Assembly (NCBI GenBank): GCA_963705295.1
Contig: OY970065.1
Coordinates: 1,248,001 to 1,312,000, forward strand
Direction of reading: 5' to 3'
DNA from: Parachlamydiales bacterium
GTDB taxonomy: Bacteria; Chlamydiota; Chlamydiia; Chlamydiales; Rhabdochlamydiaceae
DNA: 64,000 bases
Positions 49,301-58,782 of the stretch are shown one piece after another (position 1 is the stretch's first letter; every line of letters starts with the position of its first letter). Both the position numbers and the translations under genes were made by a program. The notes under the pieces are model-generated. The model made no database searches. It had not been told where the DNA came from and saw only the letters and a list, made by a program, of their open reading frames with translations.

Positions 49301-50988
49301 CCCAAAGTATCACAGGAAATATTGTCGATGACGCAACTTTGATTTTTGATCAAAAGGTTAATGCGAAGTTCGGGGGCAACATCAAAGGAACAGGCGAACT
49401 GATAAAAACAGGAAATGCGACTTTGACACTGACAGGGGATAACACCTACACCGGTGGAACGATTGTTAAACAAGGAAAGCTCAAAGGGAATATTCCCGAT
49501 ATGGGAGATAACATTGTCAATGAAGGGGTAGTGGTTCACGAAGGAAATGGTCACTTCAATGGCACAATGAAAGGAAAAGGAGAAGTTCATGTTACCGGAA
49601 GACTCGGAGGAAGTGGAACAACGACTTCTCTGACTGTCAAAAGAGGTGGACGAATTGCTCCTGGAAATAGCATCGGAACCTTAAAAGTCTCCCATGACTA
49701 TACTCAAGAGAAGAGAAGCACGTATGAACTTGAGGTCGGCAAAAAGAGCGACTTGATTCAGGTTTCTGGAAAATCTCATCTCAAGGGTGGAACTGTCGAT
49801 GTTGATATTATTGAAAGCGACTTCGCGATCAATAAACCGTACGTTATTTTAAAGGCTAAAAAAGGTCTTAAGGGGACGTTTGACAAAGCCCGTCTAGACC
49901 ATCCGTATTTGACACCCGTTTTGAGTTATGATGACCATCATACCTACATGACCCTCAAGAGTGATTTCGGGAAATTTGCTAAAAACTCGAACGAAGCCCA
50001 AGTTGCAGAGCAGCTTGATGGACACCCATCGAGTCACTTCGATTTTTCGCATTCTCTCAATAAACTCTCGGGCGAGCAATATACGAACTTAATCTATATC
50101 GCCCAGCAGTCGGATCAAAGATTCATCCAAAGGATCTACTATCCCTTAGCCCGACGTATTGGAAGCGAGTGCCAACCGATGGAAGGGAATAAAACCAAAA
50201 TCTGGACCGATGGTCAGTGGGGAAGAAGCCATCAACATAATGACGACCATGCCAAAGGGTATAAGTCGAATGATTGGAACTTCACTTTAGGGATACATCA
50301 GGAAATTGGAACCCAAGGTACCATCGGGATAGCAGGTGCCTATGAGCAAAACCATGTCGACTTTAAAGCAGGCGGAGTCGGTCACTGCCATACCATCCTC
50401 GGAGCACTGTATGGTGCTTACAATCCCGACCCGATTTACATCATCTCGAACCTGGTTGCTGGATATAGTCATGATAAAGTCAAAAGACCTACCCACTCCA
50501 AGAGAATTGCCGGATATCCGAAAATCAACCATGTCACGTTCTACACTGAAATCGGTGGAAACATCTTTACCGGTTGCGGCTCACTGCAACCGTTTGCAGG
50601 TCTAGAAGTGCAACATTATCATCGAAGTTCATTTGAAGAACATGGCAGACACGCTCTCAAAGTCAAGGATAGAAATGTCAACCCTCTGAATAGCCGATTG
50701 GGCCTTCATTTAGCAACTCTGGCTTGGTGCGAGTTTACCTTTGGAGCCGATGTCGCATGGCTCCACCGTTTCTACTTCCATAAGGACAAAATCCGTGCGA
50801 AGTTTAGAAAATTTGGACATGAATTTAACGTCGAGGGTGTCGATGAACACCACGATGCGTTCCAAGGATCTTTGAACTTTACAGCTGCGCTTCCAAAAAA
50901 TGTCGATCTTTTTGCTGAAGCCTCAGGCCAAGTATGGAGCCACTTTTACTCTTACACCTTCACCGGAGGGCTGTCTTTCAGCTGGTAG
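46342..50988 (+). CDS. autotransporter with Gly-rich region and passenger-associated beta-strand repeats
   Basis: Signal-like N-terminus (ATG 46342 after AAGGA), LTKSGTGTL...NTYTGTTTINDG repeats, APGNSIGTL, beta-barrel ending LSFSW. Confidence 0.9.
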   Translation: MQNFRTLGLLTSSVVLFSAVNVSSDGELQNAIISANLGGDNTINFVNNITLTSPGIGAPNLRPINANYDFTPGNYPITINGNNFTLNGANAFRGFFVRGGTVSINNLNFGNTLSEGGQGGDTGGGGGSGIGGSVIVGTGTNVTLVNPTFVNSKAQGGHGGAPGTANVTPPLAGGGGGMAGSGGFGGGFSGGGGGGLDYTGGNSTSSNNSGSGAGGAGVGFNGGDASGTDTPGNGGNNYAGAGGGAGGSTFLANGSPGSNGGGGGGGHDTLGVTPGNGGAGGAGGIGGGGGGGGAVLPTTSVGGAGGDFGGGGGGGFQGSVGGAGGIFGGGGCGGNTDPESFPQFNGGQGGNGGFGGGGGGGGGAFVTVLGLTPGAGGTGGFAGGNGDSGSLVVGSFGPNGAGGGGAGFGGALFLQNGGNLTIQGAPSFSGNSSAGGLSGGGNATSGSGLGQDIFMMSSSLLTFNITNTVTLANPIQSDQGAGGGSTTTGGLTKSGTGTLDFATFNLANTYTGTTTINDGILKIASDSNLGVAANPVVMNTGIGVSPTLEFAGNVISARSITLTGLQAATLQADASTNSIFSGIISGTGSLTKTGTGVVTFSGVSPNTYTGTTTVNDGILILNKAPNNFAIAGNAVINGGSLVYASTNQMPSTSTVTINGGAFDLTGNPVTLGTLIYNGGTLTQSGALLTLCNPRHALTMRDTVITGDILLKRTGKVTFDATNNGTAVIAGNVDLNGHNIEFDIADGTAPFDMVISGVISNGGLKKKGPGTLYLTGENTYSHGAKILKGTLVGNTNSLQPNIVDKATLVFYQDFDGTYQGKIRGPGELIKNGLGTVTLIGKNTYNGGTVINEGALKGNTKSLQRNILDNATIIFEQTSQGNFHGIVSGTGALIKTGEGTLVFTKKQQYTGQTFIEQGKLRANGGGKIAGDIVDNSVLIFQQNNNASYSGNISGSGKVIKTGEGTLALKGTNNYTGGTRIKQGALKGNTQSITGNIVDDATLIFDQKVNAKFGGNIKGTGELIKTGNATLTLTGDNTYTGGTIVKQGKLKGNIPDMGDNIVNEGVVVHEGNGHFNGTMKGKGEVHVTGRLGGSGTTTSLTVKRGGRIAPGNSIGTLKVSHDYTQEKRSTYELEVGKKSDLIQVSGKSHLKGGTVDVDIIESDFAINKPYVILKAKKGLKGTFDKARLDHPYLTPVLSYDDHHTYMTLKSDFGKFAKNSNEAQVAEQLDGHPSSHFDFSHSLNKLSGEQYTNLIYIAQQSDQRFIQRIYYPLARRIGSECQPMEGNKTKIWTDGQWGRSHQHNDDHAKGYKSNDWNFTLGIHQEIGTQGTIGIAGAYEQNHVDFKAGGVGHCHTILGALYGAYNPDPIYIISNLVAGYSHDKVKRPTHSKRIAGYPKINHVTFYTEIGGNIFTGCGSLQPFAGLEVQHYHRSSFEEHGRHALKVKDRNVNPLNSRLGLHLATLAWCEFTFGADVAWLHRFYFHKDKIRAKFRKFGHEFNVEGVDEHHDAFQGSLNFTAALPKNVDLFAEASGQVWSHFYSYTFTGGLSFSW

Positions 50989-51020
50989 GAAAATAAATTT
51001 AAAAAAAAGGAAATACGAAT

Positions 51021-54000
51021 ATGCGAACCTTTAGAACTCTTGCACTTTTAACTTCTTCGGTTGTGTTATTTTCAGCCAATGTAGCGACAGATACCGATTT
51101 GCAAAATGCGATTATCAATGCAAATGCCGGATTAGATGAAACGATCAATTTTTTAAATAGCATCACTTTAACAGGTGCGATCGCTCCGAATTTAAGACCT
51201 GTCAATGTCGATCCTGGCTTCTCTCCGACATCGAATGCCATCACCATCAATGGGAATAACTTCTCATTGGGTGGTTCGAATACATTTAGAGGCTTTTTTG
51301 TCCGTGGGGGAACTGTCAACATCAATAACCTCAGCTTTAGTAGTAATTTAAGCCAAGGAGGAGTCGGCGGACAAGTTGGCGGTGGCGGCGGCGGTGGGAT
51401 TGGCGGAGCATTGATTGTTGGAACCGGAGCGACTGTAACAGTGGTAAATCCGTCTTTTGTGAATTCTAAGGCTCAAGGTGGTAATGGAGGCATTCCTGGA
51501 ACTGCTGGTAACAACGATCCATTGGCTGGCGGCGGTGGTGGTCTGGGCGGAGCTGGTGGTATTGGGGGATTCTTTGCGGGGGGTGGCGGTGGTGGTTTGG
51601 ATTTTCAGGGGGGCAACAATTCCATTCCTGGCGGTAATAGTTCTGGAGCTGGTGGAGGAGGTGTTGGTTCGATAGGAGGAAATTGTGTAGGCGATACTCC
51701 TGGTAATGGGGGTAATAATTATGCAGGTAGTGGAGGCGGAGCCGGCGGTGTTGCTTTCTTAGATAATGGATCACCTGGAGCCAATGGCGGAGGAGGTGGC
51801 GGGGGTCATGATAGTGATGGCCTCACTGGACCTGGTGGAGCGGGTGGTGCTGGAGGCATCGGCGGCGGCGGTGGAGGTGGCGGAGCAACGTCTCAAAACC
51901 AGAGTTTTGGTGGCGCTGGAGGAGATTTTGGAGGGGGCGGTGGCGGTGGATTTCAAGGTAGCGCAGGAGGAGCCGGTGGCTTCAGTGGAGGTGGAGGATG
52001 TGGTGGTAATACTGAGCCTTTTACTCCACAACTCAATGCAGGACCGGGTGGTAATGGGGGTTTTGGTGGCGGCGGCGGCGGTGGTGGTGGGGGACCAACA
52101 GGTGTTGGCGTTTTTCCAGGAGCAGGAGGAGTAGGAGGATTTGGAGGAGGCAATGGGGACAACGGGAGTCTTGCAGGCGGCTTTGGACCCAATGGAGCCG
52201 GGGGTGGAGGTGCTGGTTTTGGAGGAGCGATTTTTCTTCAAAATAGTTCAAATCTCACCATTCAAGGAGCTCCAAGTTTTTCAGGAAATAGTGTTGTTGC
52301 AGGAGTGAGTGGGGGTGGGAATGCTACAAATGGCTCGGCCTTAGGAGCCGATATCTTTATGATGTCGTCGTCACTACTCACGTTTGACATTACAAATACT
52401 TTGACATTGGCAAATCCGATCGAGAGTGATCAAGGAGCCGGGGGAGGAAGTACGACGGCCGGGGGTTTGACGAAAAGTGGTCCAGGAACTCTCGATTTTG
52501 CAACGTATAATCTCGCAAATACCTATACGGGTACGACAACCATTAATGATGGCATTTTAAAAATTGCCAGCGATCAGAATTTGGGAGCGGTTGCAAACCC
52601 GATTGTTATGAATACAGGTGTTGGGGTATCTCCGATTCTTCAAATTGCAGGGAATGTTGTAACGGCACGATCAACGACGGTCAATGGCACACAGACGGCA
52701 ACTTTTCAAATTCTTTCAGGTGCCTCTCTTATGGATTCTGGCCCTATATTTCTCAATGGAGCTAACTTGGCTGTAGATACAGCACTAGGGACATCTTCCA
52801 CTTTATCTGGAATCATCAGCGGAACCGGTTCTCTGACAAAACAAAACGGAGGTGTCCTGACACTTTCAGGGGCAAGTCCCAATATTTATACAGGTCTAAC
52901 AACGGTCAACGGCGGCACCCTTCTCTTGGATAAACCGGCAAATATCCAAGCAGTCGGAGGCGATACGGTGATCAATGGAGGCTTGCTTATTTGCGGAGCA
53001 TCGAATCAGCTCCCCTTCACATCAACCGTGACCCTCAATGGCGGTGCCTTTGACTTAAGTGGCAATCCAACCACCATCGGAACCCTGATCTATGATGGAG
53101 GAACCTTAGCTCAAGGTGGCGCTATTTTAAGTTTAAGCAGCCCTACAAATGCCTTGACAATGAGGAATACCGTGATCACGGGCGATATTAGTTTGACGCA
53201 CGGAGGAAGTGTTGTCTTTGATGCTACGAATAATGGAACGGCGCTCATTACGGGCGGTGTCAATTTGAATGGCTATAATGTCGATTTCGATATTGCCGAT
53301 GGGACGGCTCCGATCGATATGTTGATCAGCGGGGTGATTAGCAGCGGCGGTGTTCTCACAAAGACGGGTCGTGGAACCCTCTATTTGCTAGGACAAAATA
53401 CATACAGCGGTGGGACAAGGATCCTCGATGGTGTACTGCAGGGAAATACCAACAGTCTTCAAGGCAATATCGTCGATCATGCGACACTGATTTTTTATCA
53501 AGATTTTGATGGAACGTATAATGGTAACATTCGAGGATGGGGTCAACTTATCAAGAATGGCCTGGGAACAGTAACATTGGTGGGAAAAAACACCTATAGT
53601 GGTGGAACGATCATCAACTCAGGAGCCTTAGAAGGAAATACCCGATCTTTGCAGAAGAATATTCTGAATGATGCCACCATCATCTTCAACCAAACATCTC
53701 GTGGTGCCTTCAAAGGGGTTATCTCTGGCACTGGCGACTTGATCAAAATCGGTAAAGGAATGTTGGTGATCAGGAAGAAACAACACTACACAGGGCAGAC
53801 ATTCATTGAACAAGGCAAGCTGAGAGTCAATGGTGGTGGAAAAATTGCCGGAGATATTGTCGATAATTCAGTTTTGATTTTCCAGCAAAACAACAATGCT
53901 TCCTACTCAGGAAATATCAGCGGGGTTGGAAAAGTCATTAAAAGAGGTCAAGGAACTCTAGCACTCAAAGGAACCAATACCTATACATGTGGTACGAAGA

Positions 54001-55715
54001 TCATTGCAGGAGCCCTTAAGGGAAATACCCAAAGTATTACAGGGAATATTGTCGATAATGCGACGCTCATTTTTGATCAGAAGTTTAATGCTATTTTCAG
54101 CGGTAACATTAGCGGAAAGGGCGAACTGATAAAAACAGGAAATGCGACTTTGACACTGACAGGGGATAACACCTACACCGGTGGAACGATTGTTAAACAA
54201 GGAAAGCTCAAAGGGAATATTCCCGATATGGGAGATAACATTGTCAATGAAGGGATAGTGGTTCACGAAGGAAATGGTCACTTCAATGGCACAATGAAAG
54301 GAAAAGGAGAAGTTCATGTTACCGGAAGACTCGGAGGAAGTGGAACCACGACGTCTCTGACTGTCAAAAGAGGTGGACGAATTGCTCCTGGAAATAGCAT
54401 TGGAACCTTAAAAGTCTCCCATGACTATACTCAAGAGAAGGGAAGCACCTATGAACTTGAGGTCGGCAAAAAGAGCGACTTGATTCAGGTTTCTGGAAAA
54501 TCTCATCTCAAGGGTGGAACTGTCGATGTTGACATTATTGAAAGCGACTTCGCGATCAATAAACCGTACGTTATTTTAAAGGCTAAGAAAGGTCTCAAGG
54601 GGGCATTTGATAAAGCCCGTCTAGACCATCCGTATTTAACACCCGTTTTGAGTTATGATGACCATCATACCTACATGACACTCAAGAGTGATTTCGGAAA
54701 ATTTGCTAAAAACTCGAATGAAGCCCAAGTTGCAGAGCAGCTTGATGGACACCCATCGACACACTTCGATTTTTCGCATTCTCTCAATAAACTCTCGGGC
54801 GAGCAATATACGAACTTAATCTATATCGCTCAGCAGTCGGATCAAAGATTCATCCAAAGGATCTACTATCCCTTAGCCCGACGTATCGGAACCGAATGCC
54901 AACCAATAGAGGGGAATAAAACCAAAATCTGGACCGATGGTCAATGGGGAAGAAGCCATCAACATAATGACGACCATGCCAAAGGGTATAAGTCGAATGA
55001 TTGGAACTTCAGCTTAGGGATCCACCGTTATATCGGCACCCAAGGGACAATCGGAATAGCAGGTGCCTATGAGCAAAACCATGTCGACTTTAAAGCAGGC
55101 GGCGTCGGTCACTGCCATACCATTCTCGGAGCACTGTACGGCGCCTATAATCCCGACCCCATTTACATCATCTCGAACCTGGTTGCTGGATATAGTCATG
55201 ATAAAGTCAAAAGACCGATCCACTCCAAGAGAATTGCAGGATATCCGAAAATCAACCATGTCACGTTCTACACTGAAATCGGTGGAAACATCTTTACCGG
55301 TTGCGGCTCACTTCAACCATTTGCAGGTCTAGAAGTGCAACATTATCATCGAAGTTCATTTGAAGAACATGGCAGACACGCTCTCAAAGTCAAGGATAGA
55401 AATGTCAATCCTCTGAATAGCCGGTTGGGTCTTCACCTAGCAACTCTGGCTTGGTGTGAGTTTACCTTTGGAGCCGATGTTGCTTGGCTCCACCGTTTCT
55501 ACTTCCATAAGGACAAAATCCGCGCGAAGTTTAGAAAGTTTGGACATGAATTTAACGTCGAGGGTGTCGATGAACACCACGATGCTTTCCAAGGATCTTT
55601 GAACTTTACAGCAGCGCTTCCGAAAAATGTCGATCTTTTTGCTGAAGCCTCAGGCCAAGTATGGAGCCACTTTTACTCTTACACCTTCACCGGAGGACTA
55701 TCTTTCAGCTGGTAA
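51021..55715 (+). CDS. autotransporter, tandem paralog
   Basis: Same architecture; 3' 1.6 kb nearly identical to the upstream gene. Confidence 0.9.
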   Translation: MRTFRTLALLTSSVVLFSANVATDTDLQNAIINANAGLDETINFLNSITLTGAIAPNLRPVNVDPGFSPTSNAITINGNNFSLGGSNTFRGFFVRGGTVNINNLSFSSNLSQGGVGGQVGGGGGGGIGGALIVGTGATVTVVNPSFVNSKAQGGNGGIPGTAGNNDPLAGGGGGLGGAGGIGGFFAGGGGGGLDFQGGNNSIPGGNSSGAGGGGVGSIGGNCVGDTPGNGGNNYAGSGGGAGGVAFLDNGSPGANGGGGGGGHDSDGLTGPGGAGGAGGIGGGGGGGGATSQNQSFGGAGGDFGGGGGGGFQGSAGGAGGFSGGGGCGGNTEPFTPQLNAGPGGNGGFGGGGGGGGGGPTGVGVFPGAGGVGGFGGGNGDNGSLAGGFGPNGAGGGGAGFGGAIFLQNSSNLTIQGAPSFSGNSVVAGVSGGGNATNGSALGADIFMMSSSLLTFDITNTLTLANPIESDQGAGGGSTTAGGLTKSGPGTLDFATYNLANTYTGTTTINDGILKIASDQNLGAVANPIVMNTGVGVSPILQIAGNVVTARSTTVNGTQTATFQILSGASLMDSGPIFLNGANLAVDTALGTSSTLSGIISGTGSLTKQNGGVLTLSGASPNIYTGLTTVNGGTLLLDKPANIQAVGGDTVINGGLLICGASNQLPFTSTVTLNGGAFDLSGNPTTIGTLIYDGGTLAQGGAILSLSSPTNALTMRNTVITGDISLTHGGSVVFDATNNGTALITGGVNLNGYNVDFDIADGTAPIDMLISGVISSGGVLTKTGRGTLYLLGQNTYSGGTRILDGVLQGNTNSLQGNIVDHATLIFYQDFDGTYNGNIRGWGQLIKNGLGTVTLVGKNTYSGGTIINSGALEGNTRSLQKNILNDATIIFNQTSRGAFKGVISGTGDLIKIGKGMLVIRKKQHYTGQTFIEQGKLRVNGGGKIAGDIVDNSVLIFQQNNNASYSGNISGVGKVIKRGQGTLALKGTNTYTCGTKIIAGALKGNTQSITGNIVDNATLIFDQKFNAIFSGNISGKGELIKTGNATLTLTGDNTYTGGTIVKQGKLKGNIPDMGDNIVNEGIVVHEGNGHFNGTMKGKGEVHVTGRLGGSGTTTSLTVKRGGRIAPGNSIGTLKVSHDYTQEKGSTYELEVGKKSDLIQVSGKSHLKGGTVDVDIIESDFAINKPYVILKAKKGLKGAFDKARLDHPYLTPVLSYDDHHTYMTLKSDFGKFAKNSNEAQVAEQLDGHPSTHFDFSHSLNKLSGEQYTNLIYIAQQSDQRFIQRIYYPLARRIGTECQPIEGNKTKIWTDGQWGRSHQHNDDHAKGYKSNDWNFSLGIHRYIGTQGTIGIAGAYEQNHVDFKAGGVGHCHTILGALYGAYNPDPIYIISNLVAGYSHDKVKRPIHSKRIAGYPKINHVTFYTEIGGNIFTGCGSLQPFAGLEVQHYHRSSFEEHGRHALKVKDRNVNPLNSRLGLHLATLAWCEFTFGADVAWLHRFYFHKDKIRAKFRKFGHEFNVEGVDEHHDAFQGSLNFTAALPKNVDLFAEASGQVWSHFYSYTFTGGLSFSW

Positions 55716-57533
55716 TCCCCAAGCTTTCAGGTAGAAAGCGTGCTCTTTTTCGAGAGAGTCGCGGATGTTTTCCGATTTGCGGAAGCCATGCTGCTCTCCC
55801 TCGTAGATAATGAGGTCGGTGAGAATGCCTCGCTCTTTTAAGGCGAGGTACATCTTTTCAGCTTGGTCGAGAGGGACGATGAGGTCTTCTGCCCCTTGAA
55901 AAAATATCACCGGCGCGTGGAGTTTATCGACCTGGTAGAGGGGAGACCGCTGCTCGTAGAGTTTTTTTTCTGCGGGGTAGGGACCAACGAGAGAATCGAG
56001 ATAATCGGATTCAAATTTGTGCGTTTCCGCGGCAAGGGCGATTAAATCGCTGACTCCATAATAGCTGGCGCCGACAGTAAATCCCGAGCCAAAGGTGAGG
56101 GCTGCGAGCGTGGTATATCCGCCGGCACTACTTCCACGGATCGCAATCCGGCGCGGATCGGCTTTTTTATTCTGAATGAGAAAGTGTGCACCAGTTTCAC
56201 AATCTTCAACATCGACGATTCCCCACTTTCCCTTCAAAGCATCGCGGTACGGACGTCCATAGCCCGTGCTGCCACCATAATCGACATCGAGGAGTGCAAA
56301 CCCCCTTGTGGTCCAGTATTGGACTTTCAAATCAAATGTCGGATTCGTGGCCGCTGTGGGGCCGCCATGTGTCACGACAACAACAGGCGGAAGACTTCCT
56401 TCAGGGGCTTTGTAATCTTTATTGCGCGGCGGATAGTAAAAAGCGTGGGAGACTCGCCCCTTTTTACTAGGATAGGTTAAAAATTCGGGCTTGGAGAAAG
56501 ACTCCGGATCGAGATGAGGATAGATATTATGAGCTAGAATCGTCGTTTTGTGAGTTGCTAAATCGAGCTTGACGATCGACTTGTCTTCGGTGGCGGAGCC
56601 TGCAATGAAAACGGCATAATCGGGCGTGGCCCGAATCTGTGTGAAATAGGTCCAAGGAAGATCGAGAGGCTTGAAGGGAGGAGCAAACCCCAGAGACCAC
56701 ATGCCGCTGTTGACAGAGGCGGCAAGGAGCTCTTTTCCAGCAAACGCATACGTCGACATGCCAAAAACCCATTGAGGAAGGCCAAATTCAGCTTCCATGG
56801 GACAAAGTGATTCGATCTTGTGGTCGTGATACCGGTATATATTCCACCAGCCGGTTTTATCCGATACAAAATGGAGCACGCCATCGGGAGAAAAAGACGG
56901 CTCAAAAATCGATTCATTTTCGCTGCCGGCAATTTTTTTGAGATCCGTGAGATGTCCTCCTCTAAAATCACCGAGCCAAAGTTCCGTCCCATCCCAAGGC
57001 ATTTGCGGATGATTCCAAGCCAAAAAAGCGAGTTTCCCTCCATCGTGACTAAAAGTCGGAGACGAATAAAAATCTTTACCAAACGCGATTTTATCCCATT
57101 TTTTGGATTGCAAATGGAGAGAAATAAGGAAGTTATCATTCCCTTTTTCACCAACAGCCACCAGATAGTGGCCATGAATTTGTAGGTCTGCAAAACGGAT
57201 GCCCGGCTCCGTCAGAGGCTCCTCGTCCAAATAGATCCGCTGATCCTTGTCATTCACGAAATAGACTTTCCCATGGCTGACGGCAAAAGGAGCGCCTCCA
57301 TACTCATGCACCCGTGTCCGAGCGCTCATGGTTTCAGGAGTCATATCTTTTTTCTCACCATCAGGGGTCAATCGTACGACGACCGATCTCCCTTTTTCAG
57401 AGGGTCTCAGCTCGTCCCAGTAAATCATGGCCCCATCGAGAACAACGGTTCCATACCTTTTTTGGCTCATCGTGAGCCACTGCGCCGTGATGGGCGATTC
57501 CCAGGTTCCGTAAGGAGCTATTACTGCTGGCAT
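55698..57533 (-). CDS. S9 family (prolyl oligopeptidase / acylaminoacyl) peptidase
   Basis: APYGTWESP, HGGPT, GSSAGG, FQGAED, EQHGFR. Confidence 0.92.
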   Translation of the reverse strand: MPAVIAPYGTWESPITAQWLTMSQKRYGTVVLDGAMIYWDELRPSEKGRSVVVRLTPDGEKKDMTPETMSARTRVHEYGGAPFAVSHGKVYFVNDKDQRIYLDEEPLTEPGIRFADLQIHGHYLVAVGEKGNDNFLISLHLQSKKWDKIAFGKDFYSSPTFSHDGGKLAFLAWNHPQMPWDGTELWLGDFRGGHLTDLKKIAGSENESIFEPSFSPDGVLHFVSDKTGWWNIYRYHDHKIESLCPMEAEFGLPQWVFGMSTYAFAGKELLAASVNSGMWSLGFAPPFKPLDLPWTYFTQIRATPDYAVFIAGSATEDKSIVKLDLATHKTTILAHNIYPHLDPESFSKPEFLTYPSKKGRVSHAFYYPPRNKDYKAPEGSLPPVVVVTHGGPTAATNPTFDLKVQYWTTRGFALLDVDYGGSTGYGRPYRDALKGKWGIVDVEDCETGAHFLIQNKKADPRRIAIRGSSAGGYTTLAALTFGSGFTVGASYYGVSDLIALAAETHKFESDYLDSLVGPYPAEKKLYEQRSPLYQVDKLHAPVIFFQGAEDLIVPLDQAEKMYLALKERGILTDLIIYEGEQHGFRKSENIRDSLEKEHAFYLKAWGLPAER

Positions 57534-58717
57534 GGTTGATTACACATTTGTTGTATAAGAGATCCAATTTCTTCGTTAAATCTGTTTTTGGGAATTTTCT
57601 GAAAAGACATTCTCATTTGATGACGGAGTTCTGAGTCGTACAAAAATTGCCGGACAATGGTTTCGGCTTCATTGAAATGAGTGATAAAATCACCGACGCC
57701 ATAATGCATGATGAGATCAATGTTGGCTTGCTCCCAACTGATGACCGGCGTTGTGCAATCGATGAGAATCGGGATTTGCATCGCAAGGGCTTCGGTCACA
57801 GACGTCGTGCCCGATTTTGTGATGATCAGATCGGAGAGCGCCATAAGCTCTGGGATTTTATCTGTGAATCCCATCACCGTCATCGAATTGGTGGGATGGA
57901 GCGGCATCTTTTTGAGATCGTCTGCAAGATCGGCATTTCTCCCTGCACACACAATGAAATGGACTCCCAGTTGAATCGTTCCCAAACTCTTGATATAACC
58001 CTTGGTCGTTTCGCCCCCAACCCCGCCAATCATGATCAGAATGACCGGTTTATGCTGTGGAATTTTATACAGACTCTTGAGATTTTCTGGATCTCTTTTC
58101 ACTAGAAAATCAGGCCGAATCGGCAGGCCCAGTGACGCAATGGCTGTGTCGGGTATGTTCCTTTTACGGAGCATTTCTCGGCTGCACCACAAATCGGTTC
58201 CTACCACCACTTTAAATTGTCGATGGGAAACGCCTTGAAGGCCATGCACCCAGGTCTGCAAATCGTTATCCGTGGTGATAATCAAGTACGGGATATTCAG
58301 TTTTCTGGCTGCCTCGCTGGCAGGATAGTTGATGAAGGGTATCAGTGAGATAACTAAATTCGGTTTTTCTTTCTCAATGTGGTTTGTAATCAACCCTTCC
58401 ATCTTGTTCTTATATGTTCTAAATACCTTCGGAGCCAGGTACCTAGAAACAACATTGACCGACCGAGTCCATCCATATTTCAGGGCCAAATTATAGAGGC
58501 TTTCTCCCGATTTCACACCCCAAATCTGCAACTCATCAATCGGATAAACGACCTTAAAATCATACTCGCTCTCTAACTTTGCCTTCAATGCTCCTGCAGC
58601 AGCATTGTGTCCATTTCCACCATTGCTGCACAAAATCAATAGCTTCTTCTTTGGCTCAGCAGAAAGAAACAGCGGAATTACAATGAGGAAGACGGCCCAT
58701 TTTTGTAGCATGTTCAT
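57521..58717 (-). CDS. diacylglycerol glycosyltransferase (MGDG synthase/UgtP-like, GT28)
   Basis: GNGHNAAA, ITTD, GLPIRPDF, VCAGRN, IITKSG..S.TE, EQAN. Confidence 0.8.
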   Translation of the reverse strand: MNMLQKWAVFLIVIPLFLSAEPKKKLLILCSNGGNGHNAAAGALKAKLESEYDFKVVYPIDELQIWGVKSGESLYNLALKYGWTRSVNVVSRYLAPKVFRTYKNKMEGLITNHIEKEKPNLVISLIPFINYPASEAARKLNIPYLIITTDNDLQTWVHGLQGVSHRQFKVVVGTDLWCSREMLRKRNIPDTAIASLGLPIRPDFLVKRDPENLKSLYKIPQHKPVILIMIGGVGGETTKGYIKSLGTIQLGVHFIVCAGRNADLADDLKKMPLHPTNSMTVMGFTDKIPELMALSDLIITKSGTTSVTEALAMQIPILIDCTTPVISWEQANIDLIMHYGVGDFITHFNEAETIVRQFLYDSELRHQMRMSFQKIPKNRFNEEIGSLIQQMCNQPCQQ

Positions 58718-58782
58718 TTCATGTTAGTATATGCAGCAATTTTTGATACATGGAAAATCCAAGGTCCGCTATAGGGTAAAAT

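Noticed and set aside
47017..52251. Pro-, Ser- and His-rich minus-strand ORFs
   Set aside because: Antisense shadows of GGN glycine codons in the autotransporters
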